DNA from: Blepharisma stoltei ATCC 30299
Lineage: Eukaryota > Protista > Ciliophora
Reading direction: 5' to 3'
DNA: 64,000 nt
Assembly (NCBI GenBank): GCA_965603825.1
Contig: CBFDEM010000001.1
Coordinates: 558,001 to 622,000 of the forward strand
Translations under genes and position numbers: made by a program
Shown here: positions 24,491-36,328 of the stretch, piece by piece
How positions within the stretch are numbered: position 1 is the first letter of the stretch
How the letters are laid out: each line of letters begins with the position of its first letter
Notes under the pieces: generated by a model
Told to the model about the DNA's origin: nothing
The model's input: the letters and a program-made list of their open reading frames with translations, nothing else
Database searches by the model: none

Positions 24491-25183
24491 CTATCTGCAC
24501 ATGCAAAAGTGACCTTTTGGCATGTATGATCTGATAATTTCAGAAATTTTGGGATTATTTGATAATTTTAAGGCAGCTTTTAATTCTTCCCTTCTTCAAG
24601 AGCAGCATTGGAGAAATTGTTTGACGACTTCAAAATACCCCCATCTTACAGCGACTTGTAAAGCGTTTTCTTCATCTTTTTTCTTAAGGTCGCTTTTTAA
24701 GTGACAATCAGCACCATAATCAAGTAAAATTTGAATGGTTTCTCAATATCCATGTCTGGCAGCTTCATATAGCGGACGGACACCTTGGACATTTTTCTTA
24801 TTCAAATATGAGTCTGGGTCCTTAAAACTCCTTACAAATCGTTTTGGGTGATTTTCAATAAGTGTTTCTATATCAATTAAATCTTGCTTGTTTGATCTCT
24901 GTATTAGACAAAATAATTTTTCTGTTACTTTGTGCTCATCAAGAACGTCATTAAGCAAAAAAGTGTGGGTCCTTGAGTACTCAATGCGGGTTGGGCTGCT
25001 TTGGACATCTTGGACAAGTTCATCAATATCTTGCATAACCTTTATTTCACTGTTTTTAAATAAATGTGAAGCATGAATTACATTCTTTAATAGCTTCCAT
25101 CGCTTTTTAGCTTTACTTTTAGGTATTGGAGATTCTTTGCTGTCTGCAAGAGTTGGCTCACCAACTGAAAAATGATCTTCCAT
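24491..25183 (-). CDS. Ankyrin-repeat protein
   Basis: RPLYEAARHGY-W(TGA)-ETIQILLDYGAD...NALQVAVRWGYFEVVKQFL; TAG at 24491. Confidence 0.8.
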
Positions 25184-25358
25184 TAATTATTCGGCTTATT
25201 AGATGAATAATATTTTGATGTTGGAATAAACCAAATATTTTATGGAAATTAATTAATTTCTTTTAGTAAAAGCAAAATAATCATTATATAATTTTTTTAT
25301 ATAAACTGATATACCAATGAGTATATTTTATATTAAATTTTAAGGTATTTATTTACAT

Positions 25359-26390
25359 TTATCTTGCCTGCAGACCTTGAATAATCATAATGGCTTGATT
25401 CCTTTCATTTACGAACTCTTCATCTTTTTTATCCTTCTGAAATTTTTCAAAAAATTTGACCAGTCTGTCTTTATTTTTCAAAAGAATTTTGTAAGCAGGC
25501 AGCTTGTGGGCATCTCTCCCGAGTTCGACTAATCTTTTTAAAATGACCATAAATAAGTGAAATGCTTCCATTTTTACTTGAGCAGAGTCATCAGCTCTTA
25601 TCAGCATCATGACATATTTTAAGTTTTCTTCCCCTACTACATATTGATCTTTAAAATCCCCAGTCCCAGACCTTGTCAAAATATTATACAAAATGCTTAA
25701 TGCTTGTCTTTTGCAATAATAATCCTTATCACACAAAGAATATAAGCTTTGAAGTACTTCTACATAATGTTCATTGATAAACTCTGCCGCAACAGGTTTT
25801 TCGCATTCTATCAGAATTTTCATAGTATCAAGAGCATCTGACCCAATCTCAAAAGGCATATCAATTGCGGTTCGGACAAGAGTTGATAGGATTTCTACAG
25901 TCAAACAGGCACGAAATATTGTAGGATTCTGTAAGAGATCTCTTAAAAATTGCCCACATAGCAAAAAAAGCTCTGCAGTTGAGTACGATGTAATCAAAGG
26001 AATTATAACCCTATCAATGTGTCGGCATATATAAAACTCCAGCGAATTCCCATTACTGAGCAGTCTTGATATTAAGTTAAGTAGTTCTTTTGCAGTCTCA
26101 AAGTCAAAATTAGTCAGATTCGACACTAAAAAAGCAGGGAAATCGTCCTCAGCGAGGACTGCAGTTATTTCATCAATAGATTCAGGCTTTTTACTAAGCT
26201 TATGGTCTCCTTGTATTATTTTTAATATCCTATCAAAGTATTTTTCAAATGAACTGTGAGCTTTCCTGAATTCTGGAGAATTCGAAGAAAGTGATATTAA
26301 ATGCCTGGTCTCATAACAAAAACGCTGAGCATTCGCACGAGCTGACTTGTTTGCACGAAAGGCAGCTGGGCCATACTTTTCGCGATCCAT
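25359..26390 (-). CDS. Mo25/CAB39-like scaffold
   Basis: DFETAKE, FEIGSDA, YYCKRQALSIL, ENLKYVMMLIR...VKMEAFHLF, ILLKNKDRLVKF. Confidence 0.8.
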   Translation of the reverse strand: MDREKYGPAAFRANKSARANAQRFCYETRHLISLSSNSPEFRKAHSSFEKYFDRILKIIQGDHKLSKKPESIDEITAVLAEDDFPAFLVSNLTNFDFETAKELLNLISRLLSNGNSLEFYICRHIDRVIIPLITSYSTAELFLLCGQFLRDLLQNPTIFRACLTVEILSTLVRTAIDMPFEIGSDALDTMKILIECEKPVAAEFINEHYVEVLQSLYSLCDKDYYCKRQALSILYNILTRSGTGDFKDQYVVGEENLKYVMMLIRADDSAQVKMEAFHLFMVILKRLVELGRDAHKLPAYKILLKNKDRLVKFFEKFQKDKKDEEFVNERNQAIMIIQGLQAR

Positions 26391-26555
26391 GATATTATAA
26401 AGAAATCATATAAAATGGCTACTGCAAGAATTTAGCTATTTTAATTAAGAAATAATAATTAATATTCATTTTTCCCTATAAAACCCTTTCCAAAATATAA
26501 GCCATTACCTTAAAAAAATCAATAAAAATATTCATATTCTTTATAGTGCAGTATC

Positions 26556-27116
26556 ATGTTCCTATTCCTCATATTGTTCTCCTTTGCAATCAGCCAAGAG
26601 CTTCATGAAGAAATCCGCAAGCAAAAAATTGCTTCGTGTTTACTGCTGCTTAGGTATAAAACTTCTCAAAATGAAAAAGAAATCCAAGACTTTGTCAATG
26701 AATTAGATGAAAAAGTCAGAGATACAGCTATGAATAAAATTATTGGAGATATTATGATAAATTGTATTGAGAGGATTAGTGTGCCGGATGCTGTCAATAT
26801 TTTTGAATATCAGGAGAATGTGGATTATTTAATTCAAAAGCAAGGGATTTTGGTATGGAATAAAGAGGATTATAGAGGAAAAGAAGAAATTAGTTATACT
26901 GAGGAGTATTATAAGCTGTTTGAGGAAATCAAGCAGGTAAAAGAACAGTTTAAGCTGGAGCAACGGAAAGTGGCTGAGCCATTGCCATTGAAAAAATTTG
27001 GGTGGAGATATTTTATTTTAATTGTTGGGATTTTTGGAGCATTTTTCTATTGGGCTGTAAAGAGAGTGCTTAAAGCAGATGCGCCAAAGAAGAAAAAAAA
27101 TAAAAAAGACGAATAA
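26556..27116 (+). CDS. Hypothetical type I membrane protein with KKxx ER-retrieval tail
   Basis: Signal peptide, one C-terminal TM, ends KKDE. Confidence 0.65.
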   Translation: MFLFLILFSFAISQELHEEIRKQKIASCLLLLRYKTSQNEKEIQDFVNELDEKVRDTAMNKIIGDIMINCIERISVPDAVNIFEYQENVDYLIQKQGILVWNKEDYRGKEEISYTEEYYKLFEEIKQVKEQFKLEQRKVAEPLPLKKFGWRYFILIVGIFGAFFYWAVKRVLKADAPKKKKNKKDE

Positions 27117-27244
27117 TCAAATAAATTTGGATTTCTAATTATTCTTATTAAGATATGAGGACAGCTTTTCTATAAATTTTAAATATTTATTAGATGCATT
27201 AATAATGAAGTTCATATCCAAAAGTGATTTTTTATGTAAGCAAA

Positions 27245-28363
27245 TTAATTTTTATGATGTGGGTACCTATTCCTAATTAAATCATCTGTCCTCAAAATCA
27301 AGTTTAAAGGAGTTTTTGCCACTCTGTAGCATTGAGAGCACAACAATAAATGGGCATGCTTAAACGTTTTTCTTATCATTTTTATCCCAAACGCTCCCTT
27401 TCCTACATCATTATTTGTATCTTGTGGGCACTCCACACATAAGAAATCTCCTAATGTTTGGCATCATTCTTTTGTTCGCTTCTGAAAATATGACCCATTT
27501 CCTTTGATACTAATCCCAACATCCAAATAGTTAAATTCGCTCCCATACAATTGAAAAAAATTAACTAAAAAATGTCCAAGCGTATATCTCCCATAATGTT
27601 TATTATCCCCTTTATGTGCAGGGTGCATCTGCACAGAGCTTACTACCATACAAAACAATAAAAAGCTCCCAATCCCTCCTAAATAAGTTTCATTAAGCCC
27701 TCTTTGTTTTAAAAAATATTTCAAAACAAAAACAATATACTTTACCTCAGGGTATTTTGCAAGGTACTCTTTCACAATATTTACCCCTTCTATTCCTCCG
27801 CTAATATTGAATGATATATCAACATGCAAACCTGTAGATCTGTCTACAAATTTTATAATTGGGACTCTTGCATTATAAATTTTTTCGATTTCACTAGCCA
27901 TAGCTGACTGAACTAAGTCGCTTGACAGCAAATCTATTAGTGTGGCTGAGTCTTGGTCAGTCTGGGTTTTAATTACAATATCAATATCACTTGTTGGCAG
28001 CCACAGACCATTAGCAAGAGATCCAAAAATATTCACTTCGGAGTTTGGTCAGATATTTCGAGTTTTTTCAGTCAGCCTATTGAGAATACTCTGCTGGTCA
28101 GCTTTTTCTGAAGGGGTTGGCTGCATAAAATCGTAAAAATCGATGATTTCTTCATGCAAAAGCAGAAGAGAGTCTTTAAACTTCAAGGTATTTTTCCGTA
28201 CCCATGGAGCTAATTCAATATCTTCGTCTTCTGGGCTGTCTGGAGCTGGCATAATTTTTTTCCCTGCTTTTGGAGGAGAAGGATTTGGGGTTCTTGAGCG
28301 GCTTCTCGGCTTATTTAAAGAAGATTCAGAGGCTGGCTTTGATCTTCCGCGATTAAGGCTCAT
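27245..28363 (-). CDS. Non-canonical poly(A) polymerase, Trf4/PAPD5-7 (TENT4) family
   Basis: LLHEEIIDF..., IW(TGA)PNSEVNIFGSLANGLWLPTSDIDIV, ARVPIIKF, LNETYLGGIGSF, PQDTNNDVGKG. Three ORFs in one frame. Confidence 0.9.
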
Positions 28364-28548
28364 TTTATTAATTTTAATTTAGATAAAATTATGAGCTTTG
28401 GAATTAATACAGATCTTTGAAAAAGGCAATTTATTTTCAGTTAGCGAGAACTGTTTACAAGCTGCTAAATTGTATTCAAAATGACAAAAAATCTCGATAA
28501 AAATTGACGAACTTTAAATACGCAAAATTTGAAGCAAAGTTTTATAAT

Positions 28549-28803
28549 TTAAAATACAATGCAATGGCATCCTGTCTTCTTCGATACTTCTGGGTATATA
28601 ATCGGTTCCACCTCGATTACTGTATATAGAGGCATATTCTTTGAACGATCAGGAAAGCAGACTTTTTTAGCTTTAATATTAGGCTTAGGATCGCTTATAC
28701 TTTGTGTGAGGGAATTATTAGACTGGTCAGCTGTGATAATTTTCTTAAGAATTGACTTCGGAACTAGGCTTCTTTTGCGTGGACTTTTGTCACTCATTTC
28801 CAT
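28549..28803 (-). CDS. Small protein with SILK, RVxF and CaaX motifs (putative PP1 regulator)
   Basis: KSILKK...KKVCF...C-terminal CHCIVF; ATG to TAA, flanked by AT-rich DNA. Confidence 0.65.
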   Translation of the reverse strand: MEMSDKSPRKRSLVPKSILKKIITADQSNNSLTQSISDPKPNIKAKKVCFPDRSKNMPLYTVIEVEPIIYPEVSKKTGCHCIVF

Positions 28804-29356
28804 AATTTATTACATTTGGAGTTTCATAGGCATCAATGAATCTGTTAAATCTCAGGTGAACGAATTTTAAAATAGTTGAGATTTGATATAATTTCGTTAA
28901 TATTAACCTTACATTAATTTTTAATTGCGAAATTTTAAGCAAAAAAATAAAGAAAATTTGTATCAGTTTTGATTATTCATTATTCAAAAATTTAAAATGT
29001 AAGTGAATGCATTTTTTTAATAAAAGCACTTATAATTTTTATTTAAATCTACGTAGAAAATCCTAAAACATTTGAAGTCACTTTTAAATAAAAATAAATT
29101 ACTATAATTAGTAGTTTGAAGTGTTTTTATTATTATCATTTAAATTAATTTTCCACATAAAACAGAAATTTATATTGTAAACTGTATAATGATTTTTTTA
29201 GTTTATGAATAAATATGAATAAAGAACTATTCAGTGAAAATCAGTAGGTAATTTTGTAATAAGTAGCAATAAAACCCTAAAAAAATGACAATTTAATAAA
29301 ACAAAGGCTGCAATTGTTGTCTATTATATATTTAATTATATCAGCTGAAAATTGCT

Positions 29357-30049
29357 TTAATTAAAGTGACGTTTCATAAGCTTCGGGGTCATTTCAAAGT
29401 TTCCGTAGCTCTCATTAGAGCAGCTATCATCACTATCAAACGTAATCCGTTTGAAGTCCCGCAAATCAATATCCCTAAACAAATTCCCCGAGCTTAAATC
29501 TTTATTTATTTCTTTATCTTCATCTAAATTCGAAGCTTCCCTTTGCTTGAAAAACATTGATTTAATTGCTGTAGGTTTACTATTAATAATTTGTAAATTT
29601 AGACAATTTTCTTTTTTATTTACATTTGGGATTTTACTATACCTTTTCGCAAAAAAATTCTTTCTAGGAGCTGGGAATTTTATCGGTGATGGCAAATATG
29701 TATGTGGGGAGACAGAATGATTAGAAATTAGCAGGAACGTTTTTTTCTTTTTATTGTTTTCGCTGCTAATAGATCTCTTCATAGACTCATTCTTAATCTT
29801 TTTAATTTCTTCATTTTCAGAATTTCACCTTGGCTTATGCATAGAATTGCTATTTTCCTTAATGGTTTCTTCCAAAATTGATTTTATTTCCTTTAAATTT
29901 TCTATTTTATTTGAAATTAACATCCGATTTCTTCTTCTTCCTTTTCCAGAGCTTAATAGCTCTTTCAATGGGCTTGTTGTCTTATAGAACTCAGTATTTC
30001 AAAATTTTTTGGGAAATTCAAAGCCAAACAAATCCTTATGTTTTTCCAT
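29357..30049 (-). CDS. Hypothetical basic low-complexity protein, ~230 aa
   Basis: The ORF extends upstream through TGA 29825 and TGA 29999 to ATG 30049, with no TAA or TAG. Confidence 0.55.
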
Positions 30050-30081
30050 TAAAAATTCTTCAGTTATTTACAATAATTTAA

Positions 30082-30582
30082 ATGTCAGCAGCCAGAAGAC
30101 CCGCACCAAGAGGAGGAAGGAAAGGGAGACAAGAATTGACTGAAGAACAAAAACAAGAAATAAAAGAAGCTTTTGACCTCTTTGATACAGATGGGTCTGG
30201 AAGCATTGATTCAAAAGAGCTTAAAGTTGCTATGAGAGCCCTTGGTTTTGAGCCTAAAAAAGAAGAGGTAAGAAGGATGATTGCTGAGGTCGACAAAGAT
30301 GGCTCAGGGACTATTGAGTTCCCAGAATTCCTAGACATGATGGCTGCCAAAATGGCTGAGAGAGACCCAAAGGAAGAAATTTTGAAAGCTTTTAGACTAT
30401 TTGACGACGATGGAAGCGGGACTATTACTTTTAACAAACTCAAGCGTGTAGCAAGAGAGCTTGGAGAGAATATGACTGATGAAGAACTTATGGAAATGAT
30501 TGAAGAAGCTGATAGAGATGGAGATGGCGCTGTCAATCAAGAGGATTTCTTAAGAATTATGAAGAAAACTAATTTATTCTAA
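30082..30582 (+). CDS. CETN: Centrin (caltractin)
   Basis: [23 protein letters not shown]...[17 protein letters not shown]...KKTNLF; four EF-hands. Confidence 0.97.
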   Translation: MSAARRPAPRGGRKGRQELTEEQKQEIKEAFDLFDTDGSGSIDSKELKVAMRALGFEPKKEEVRRMIAEVDKDGSGTIEFPEFLDMMAAKMAERDPKEEILKAFRLFDDDGSGTITFNKLKRVARELGENMTDEELMEMIEEADRDGDGAVNQEDFLRIMKKTNLF

Positions 30583-30685
30583 AGTTTAATTCAGAGGTAA
30601 ATATTTTGTTTTAATAAAGAAAAATGATTAGGATTATCAATATGATTATTTATCATTATCTTGATAATTGATAACTCGTATCATC

Positions 30686-31630
30686 TTAATCCACTTTAGC
30701 ATTATTTTTTGACACAGATTTCCAATACTTTGCATTAGTTTTACAAATTGTATCCCAAAAAATAAACTGTGAGCCAAAGTTCCCTATATTCATTTGGTGA
30801 TGATAACTATGATACTGCGACCCTGCACACAGTGGCAGCAGCCTAAAAGGACTCCAAGGAAAATCATACCCACAATGCCCATCCAAAGTTTCAAACGTCC
30901 TTATGCTGTACCACAAATAAATCGTAAATATATGACAATGTGCTCCACACAAAAACGGCCCAATTCCTGTCGCAAATAAGTTTATAGCATACTCAACTGG
31001 ATTCGCGTATTCCGCCACATATCCAATTGTGTATTTATACTCATGGTGCTGCTTATGGATCATTCCATATAATTTAGGGGTATGAAGTGTCCTATGAGCC
31101 CAATAAAAAGTGAAATCTTCAGCCAGAAGGCAAAAGAAAACCTGAATAATAAGCTCAGAGCAGCTAGGAAAAGTCTCTAAGTCCATACGATAAGGAATAT
31201 TCCCAGTCAAATAAGGGGCAAGCATAATAGGATGGACTATAAAATGATTAACCAAGACATTCCAAACTGCGTGCTTAAATTGGGCTTTAAATTGGACAGG
31301 GTCTTTTTCCCATGGCCAAGGATCTGGGTAAGTTTTATATTGCTCGAAAAAGGGGTGTTTGAGGTAGTAAATAATAAAAATCATAATATTCCCTAAAATA
31401 AACATAAACTCGTGTAAGACTATTTGGACTAAAGTTACCATCAGAATATTTCTGTCATATGGAAGTAACTCATAAAGAGGACGCACCAGCGGTGGGATGC
31501 AGACAAAGGTAAAAAATGCCATAAAAAGCGCAGGGAGCAGTCCAAGCCCTTTTTGGCTGTATCTTCAGATTTCTAACTGAATAATGTCTTTGAGCGAATT
31601 AATTTCAGAAGAGGGTGCCTTGATCACCAT
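30686..31630 (-). CDS. C-4 methylsterol oxidase-like enzyme (fatty acid hydroxylase superfamily)
   Basis: His boxes YWAHRTLH, IHKQHH, HCGYDFPW, HSYHH. Extended to ATG 31630 through one TGA. Confidence 0.85.
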
Positions 31631-31685
31631 TTTATTAACTCTAAAATATTTGCTAAAATAGGCTGATTTCTATAATATAATTGTC

Positions 31686-32792
31686 ATGCAGAAGGATATT
31701 CCTGACCTAGAAAACCCTCACGATTGTTTAATTCAGTGTTTAGCTTGTAATGAAATTCAAGACTACAAAATAAATTTAGCAAAATTCCATGGAGTCTGTA
31801 AATGACATAGAAAACTTTTAGAGAGAAATAGCTGAATTGAGTGCAAAACGTGTAGGATTAGTATTTATGTATATGAATTTCAGATAATTCAGTGTGACTA
31901 CTGTATGACTAACCCACAATTTTTGGCTTTAGAATGCAGTCACAAGTTCTGTGAAAGCTGTATACAAGAAATTTCGCAAGGTGCCTTGATTTGCCCTATA
32001 TGTATAGATACTTCAGAAAATGATAGAAATACTCATGAAATAATAAATAACCCAATAAATCAGCAGGATTTTGCCGCAGAAGGAGATAAAAGTGACCATT
32101 CGCCAAGATTTTTAGATGAAAAATATTCTTATAAAAAATTACAGATTAATATGTGCGAAAATCCTAATGAAATAATCCAAAATAATTTGGCAGAAGACCC
32201 AGATAAAATATTTCAAAATCCTCAAAAATTTCCAAATAAAATGACTAAAAATCAAGAAATTCCAAATGAAATAATCCCAAAAGTACCTTCCATAAACTCA
32301 AGGCCGTAATTACTAATTAGCCAATGCCAAAAATGCTTCATAGGGGTCTTAGAAAACATTAATGAAAAGCAATTTCAATGTTTAAACTGCGAGAAAAAAT
32401 TTTGCGGAAAATGCTTTAAATGTTTAACAGGGAAAAAATGGCCACATCATTGTATAGATAATTTTTTTGGAAATGGGAAATTTATCAACCAAGACTTATG
32501 GAAAAAAAACGAGTTTTTAAAAACACACGATCTTATGATACAAATTTGCCCCTGCTGCAATTTCTTGCATAGCTATTGGCTCAAAGAAGGGTTTATTGTA
32601 ACTTGTAAGTATCCGCTGTGCACATTAAAGCCAAGATTTTGCCTTTATTGTGGAAAGGGACTAAATTTAGGTGAAGAGAGATTACATTTTGATCAAGGGG
32701 AAGCCAATCCATGCCGAAGTGTAAGGCTGGGTTCTGATAATCAAAAAAAGAGAAAATTTAAAAGAATCAGGCTGCAGTATTTTGATGACTAA
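31686..32792 (+). CDS. RING + IBR-like zinc finger protein (divergent RBR-like; one 15-nt intron)
   Basis: ATG 31686 and two TGA; LECSHKFCESC..CPIC. After the intron at 32306-32320: QCQKC..CLNCEKKFCGKC...ICPCC..CKYPLC..FCLYC. Confidence 0.7.
32306..32320 (+). other. 15-nt spliceosomal intron
   Basis: GTAATTACTAATTAG. It contains the TAA that ends ORF 31905-32309; removal fuses that ORF in frame with the Cys-rich ORF ending at 32792. Confidence 0.8.
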
Positions 32793-32972
32793 ACATTGGT
32801 ATGATCGTATAATGTGGCAATTAGCAAGTTTTAAATTATCAATATATTTATATCTAAAATATCTGAATAATTTTATATATCTCATGGTTCTAGATTTTAT
32901 TATGTAATTACTTTATTTAGTGCCAGGTTATTATAATTATTGCAAAGTTTTATTTTTGAATATTATTTTGAT

Positions 32973-35846
32973 TTAAATCTCTCCAGGAGCAAATTTTCTT
33001 TGCACAGCCAGCTGCATCGGCGGCTTGCACAATTCTCCCAATCTTTTGCACTCATCACATTTATCTGGTAAGTATTTCTCATTTGCTTTTTCTACCTCAG
33101 GAAGAGGGAAAAACCATTTGCAGTCAGGCCTATGATAATGATTTCCATGCTCTATGGTCGGTGATCTCAGACAGGAACAAGTAAAGCAGAAAGAAGTCTT
33201 GCACTTTGGATTCATGCACACTACATGCTCACAATGATCATCTTTTATATACGGCTGCTTACATCCTGGGCATTGACTCACGACTTCTCCAGCATCTTCC
33301 ATTTCTTTTATTCTCCTTTGGATCTGAGTTTCTTCACAATTGGGTTGCTCGTGTCAGAGATCGCCACAGGCTTTGCAGAACTCACATTTGCATTCTAGGC
33401 AGATTGCCTTTCTTGACAGAGGCGCTTCGAATTGAGTTTTGCAGTTCGGACAATTTACCAAATTAAATTGTTGGGAAATTAAAAATACGTTCAGCTTGTT
33501 TCAGAGCTCTGGGGATAAAAGACTTTGAAGAGTATGAGGATTTATTTGAATCCCGCAGTCATCATGAGGACAACAAGTCGCTTTCTCAAGCATTCTATTT
33601 TCTATATAATATTTCAGCATATCAGCTAGACATGCTTCACAGAAATAATGGTTGCAATCTAACCCTCTCATATCAGTTATATAGCGAGTTTCTTGACAAA
33701 TTACGCATTGCCTAATTCTTAATTTTCTCAATCTTTCTTCTTCATTTTTATCATCTTTAGCCTTCCTCAATATATTTTTAATCCCATCCTCGAATTCTTT
33801 TCTGCATATAATGCAAGAATCAATGGACTCACATTGACAACTTTTGCAGATATTGCAAAGACAGTCTTTACTTTCTAGTTCTTCTAATCGAGAGTAATTT
33901 TTTCCACACTTGGTGCATTCTTTTTCAAGCAGCTTGTTTAATTCTTTCAATTTATCTTCATCAAATTGTGCTCCGCATGCCATACAATATTTCCACTCTC
34001 GGAATAGATTCAAGCAGGACAGACAAGTAATATTATGAGCTTCACAAAGTTTCCCACTATATCCTTTTAATATATTTTTTCCCTCTTTGCAGAAACAGCA
34101 TCTCATCCCCCACAATTTGATAGTTGCAAGAAAAGGCTCAGAGTATTGTATATGGCATTCTGGGCATTCTAATTGGTTTCTTCTGATGTTTTCTAGCATG
34201 CATTCTAAGCAAACATGGGCGCAGTCCGCCACGTCGTATTTATAAAAATTGCCTTCTTCTTTTTCTACAAGGCAGCACTTGCATTGGATTTTTATAGGAA
34301 CTTGTATTCTTTCTCTTTCGAGAGATTCCTGTTTTTTGGCTTGATAAAGCTCTGATCCGACAGCTAGCTCAATTGTCTGTTCATCTAAAGGCTCTTTGCA
34401 AACCGGGCATTTCGCTATGAGCTCATTTTGGTTTTCTTTTTCCCAGTTATTTATCACTATAAGGTTGCCGGTATCTTGGACTATAGAATTATATAAATCT
34501 TCTTGGCAAACTTTATTATTGCATTTTAAGGTAATTACATCTTTAAGGACACAGCAGTATTGGCATTGTTTATCTTCTATTATTTTATCAAGAAGCTCTG
34601 TATCAGAATCACTAAATATGCCTAAGCTGCTTATTGATTCTTTTATTTTTCCTAAAGTCTGCCATGAGAAATGGCTTATTTCTTCTTCTTTTAAAAATAA
34701 GTCAAGTGTTGCTTTTAAGGCTTCGAATTTGCTTTGGTCACTATTTTCTTTTGATTTGGCTTTTTCTCTGATAATTTCGATCGGCCACTTTCCACCGTTT
34801 AGACTTCTATATGGCTCTAATACAGCTTTTTCAATAGGATTTGATTCATAGTAAAGTTGCTCATATGAAAAAATCGGGTAAAAAGTTTCGTTGATCTCTA
34901 TGAAATTTAAGACATTTTCTTTGCCTTCATTATAGGTATTTTTGATGACTTTAAAACTTGGATCAACTCTAATTATATTTATTTCAGCATCAATACTAAA
35001 AGAAAAGAATAAAATATCATTTTCTCCAGGCTGGGACCCCACACCAATAGTTGCATTAATAAATTGCTCAGGTGATTGGCTATCAAAATACCATTTATTT
35101 TCATCATTTAAGCCATTTTTGCATACCCACAAAGACTCCAAAAATTTTATCATTAGTATCAACCCTGACTCATAAGTATAAGCTGTGCTTATATAAACCT
35201 GCTGCTCCAGAAATTGCAGTTTATCAGCGGTTGTGATGCTATTATCGTAATCAATAAACCAGCCCATCATTGCTAGTCAGGTATCGTTGTCATCCTCCCA
35301 ATAGTTTTTCAGGATTATTCTTGCATCTAACATGGAATTATAAATTTTTTCCTTAAATTCCCTTGTCGCAATGCTGTTAGCAATGTATTCCATTACTGCA
35401 ATCCCAGCAGCTCGATAAAAGCTGTTTATGTCCAACCTGGAGTATCTATAGGAGAAATATTTAGTTCCTAAGGCTTTTAGCACATTTTCTGGCAAAAGAA
35501 GATGTTTTAGTTCCTGTCTCTTCAAGCCAATTGGTCCCAGCTGGGGTGTTGGCGAGCTAGGGATTGGTGGCTCTGTTTTAGACCGTCTTTGGCTATTGGA
35601 TTCTTCTGAAGGGTCAGCATGATTTTCTTTGACACGCTCTCTAGGAATATAAACTCCAAGGTCAATTTCTCCGTCTGCTAAAAAAGTTACGTGTAAGTAA
35701 TCCCCAACTTTAATATTATTTCTATCGATCCTCTGCTTGCTCTCTACATCTGCAACTATATCGACAAAACATATCTTAATTTCTTGATTATTTGACTTTG
35801 CTTTGACTGAAACTTTTTCAATAGCTGATATTTTAAATAGCTCCAT
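32973..35846 (-). CDS. RBR E3 ligase with N-terminal otubain-like pseudo-DUB region and several extra RING-like fingers, ~957 aa
   Basis: Three ORFs joined by TGA. RING1 CVIC..LDCNHYFCEACL..CPHDDC; IBR CPNC..CLECKCEFCKACGDLWH; RING2 CPGC..KDDHCEHVVC..CKTSFCFTC. N-terminal YRYSRLDINSFYRAAGIAVME. Confidence 0.8.
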
Positions 35847-36328
35847 GATTCTATAAATTTATTAAATTGAGATGTTTGTGGAAAATTTATTAAGAGTTTT
35901 TGGAAGACGATTAAAATTAGTTAAGATAATCTAAAGGGGAATTATTGGATAAGAATGTGGCAGAAGAAGGATTATGGGGTTAAAGGGGTAAGTTTTGTTA
36001 TATATGGCTGAAGATCAGAAATTTTATTTAGGAAGATATAAATTAGAAGAATGTGATTATAATGAATGGAGTGATATCAACATAAATAATAGAATAAAAA
36101 TTGATTCATATAACTCCGGGAATTGTTCCAATTTAAAAAACTATAAGATTTATCTATTTAAAATGCTAAGAGGTAATATTGTAATGTATTTTTTGTACCT
36201 CGGTATTAAAGATGTTCATAAAATTATACAATTAATTTTTAAATATCATAAAATATCTATCATTACAAACTTTTGGGGCTTAAAATTTAATTATTTTAAG
36301 TAAATTAGTTAATTTTTCAAATAATATC

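Noticed and set aside
30078-30536. 152-aa antisense ORF over centrin, and similar antisense or alternate-frame ORFs elsewhere
   Set aside because: Shadow ORFs of real genes with no recognisable motifs.
35995-36303. AT-rich ORFs here and at 4522-4731 and 18850-19167
   Set aside because: Non-ATG starts, intergenic composition, no motifs.
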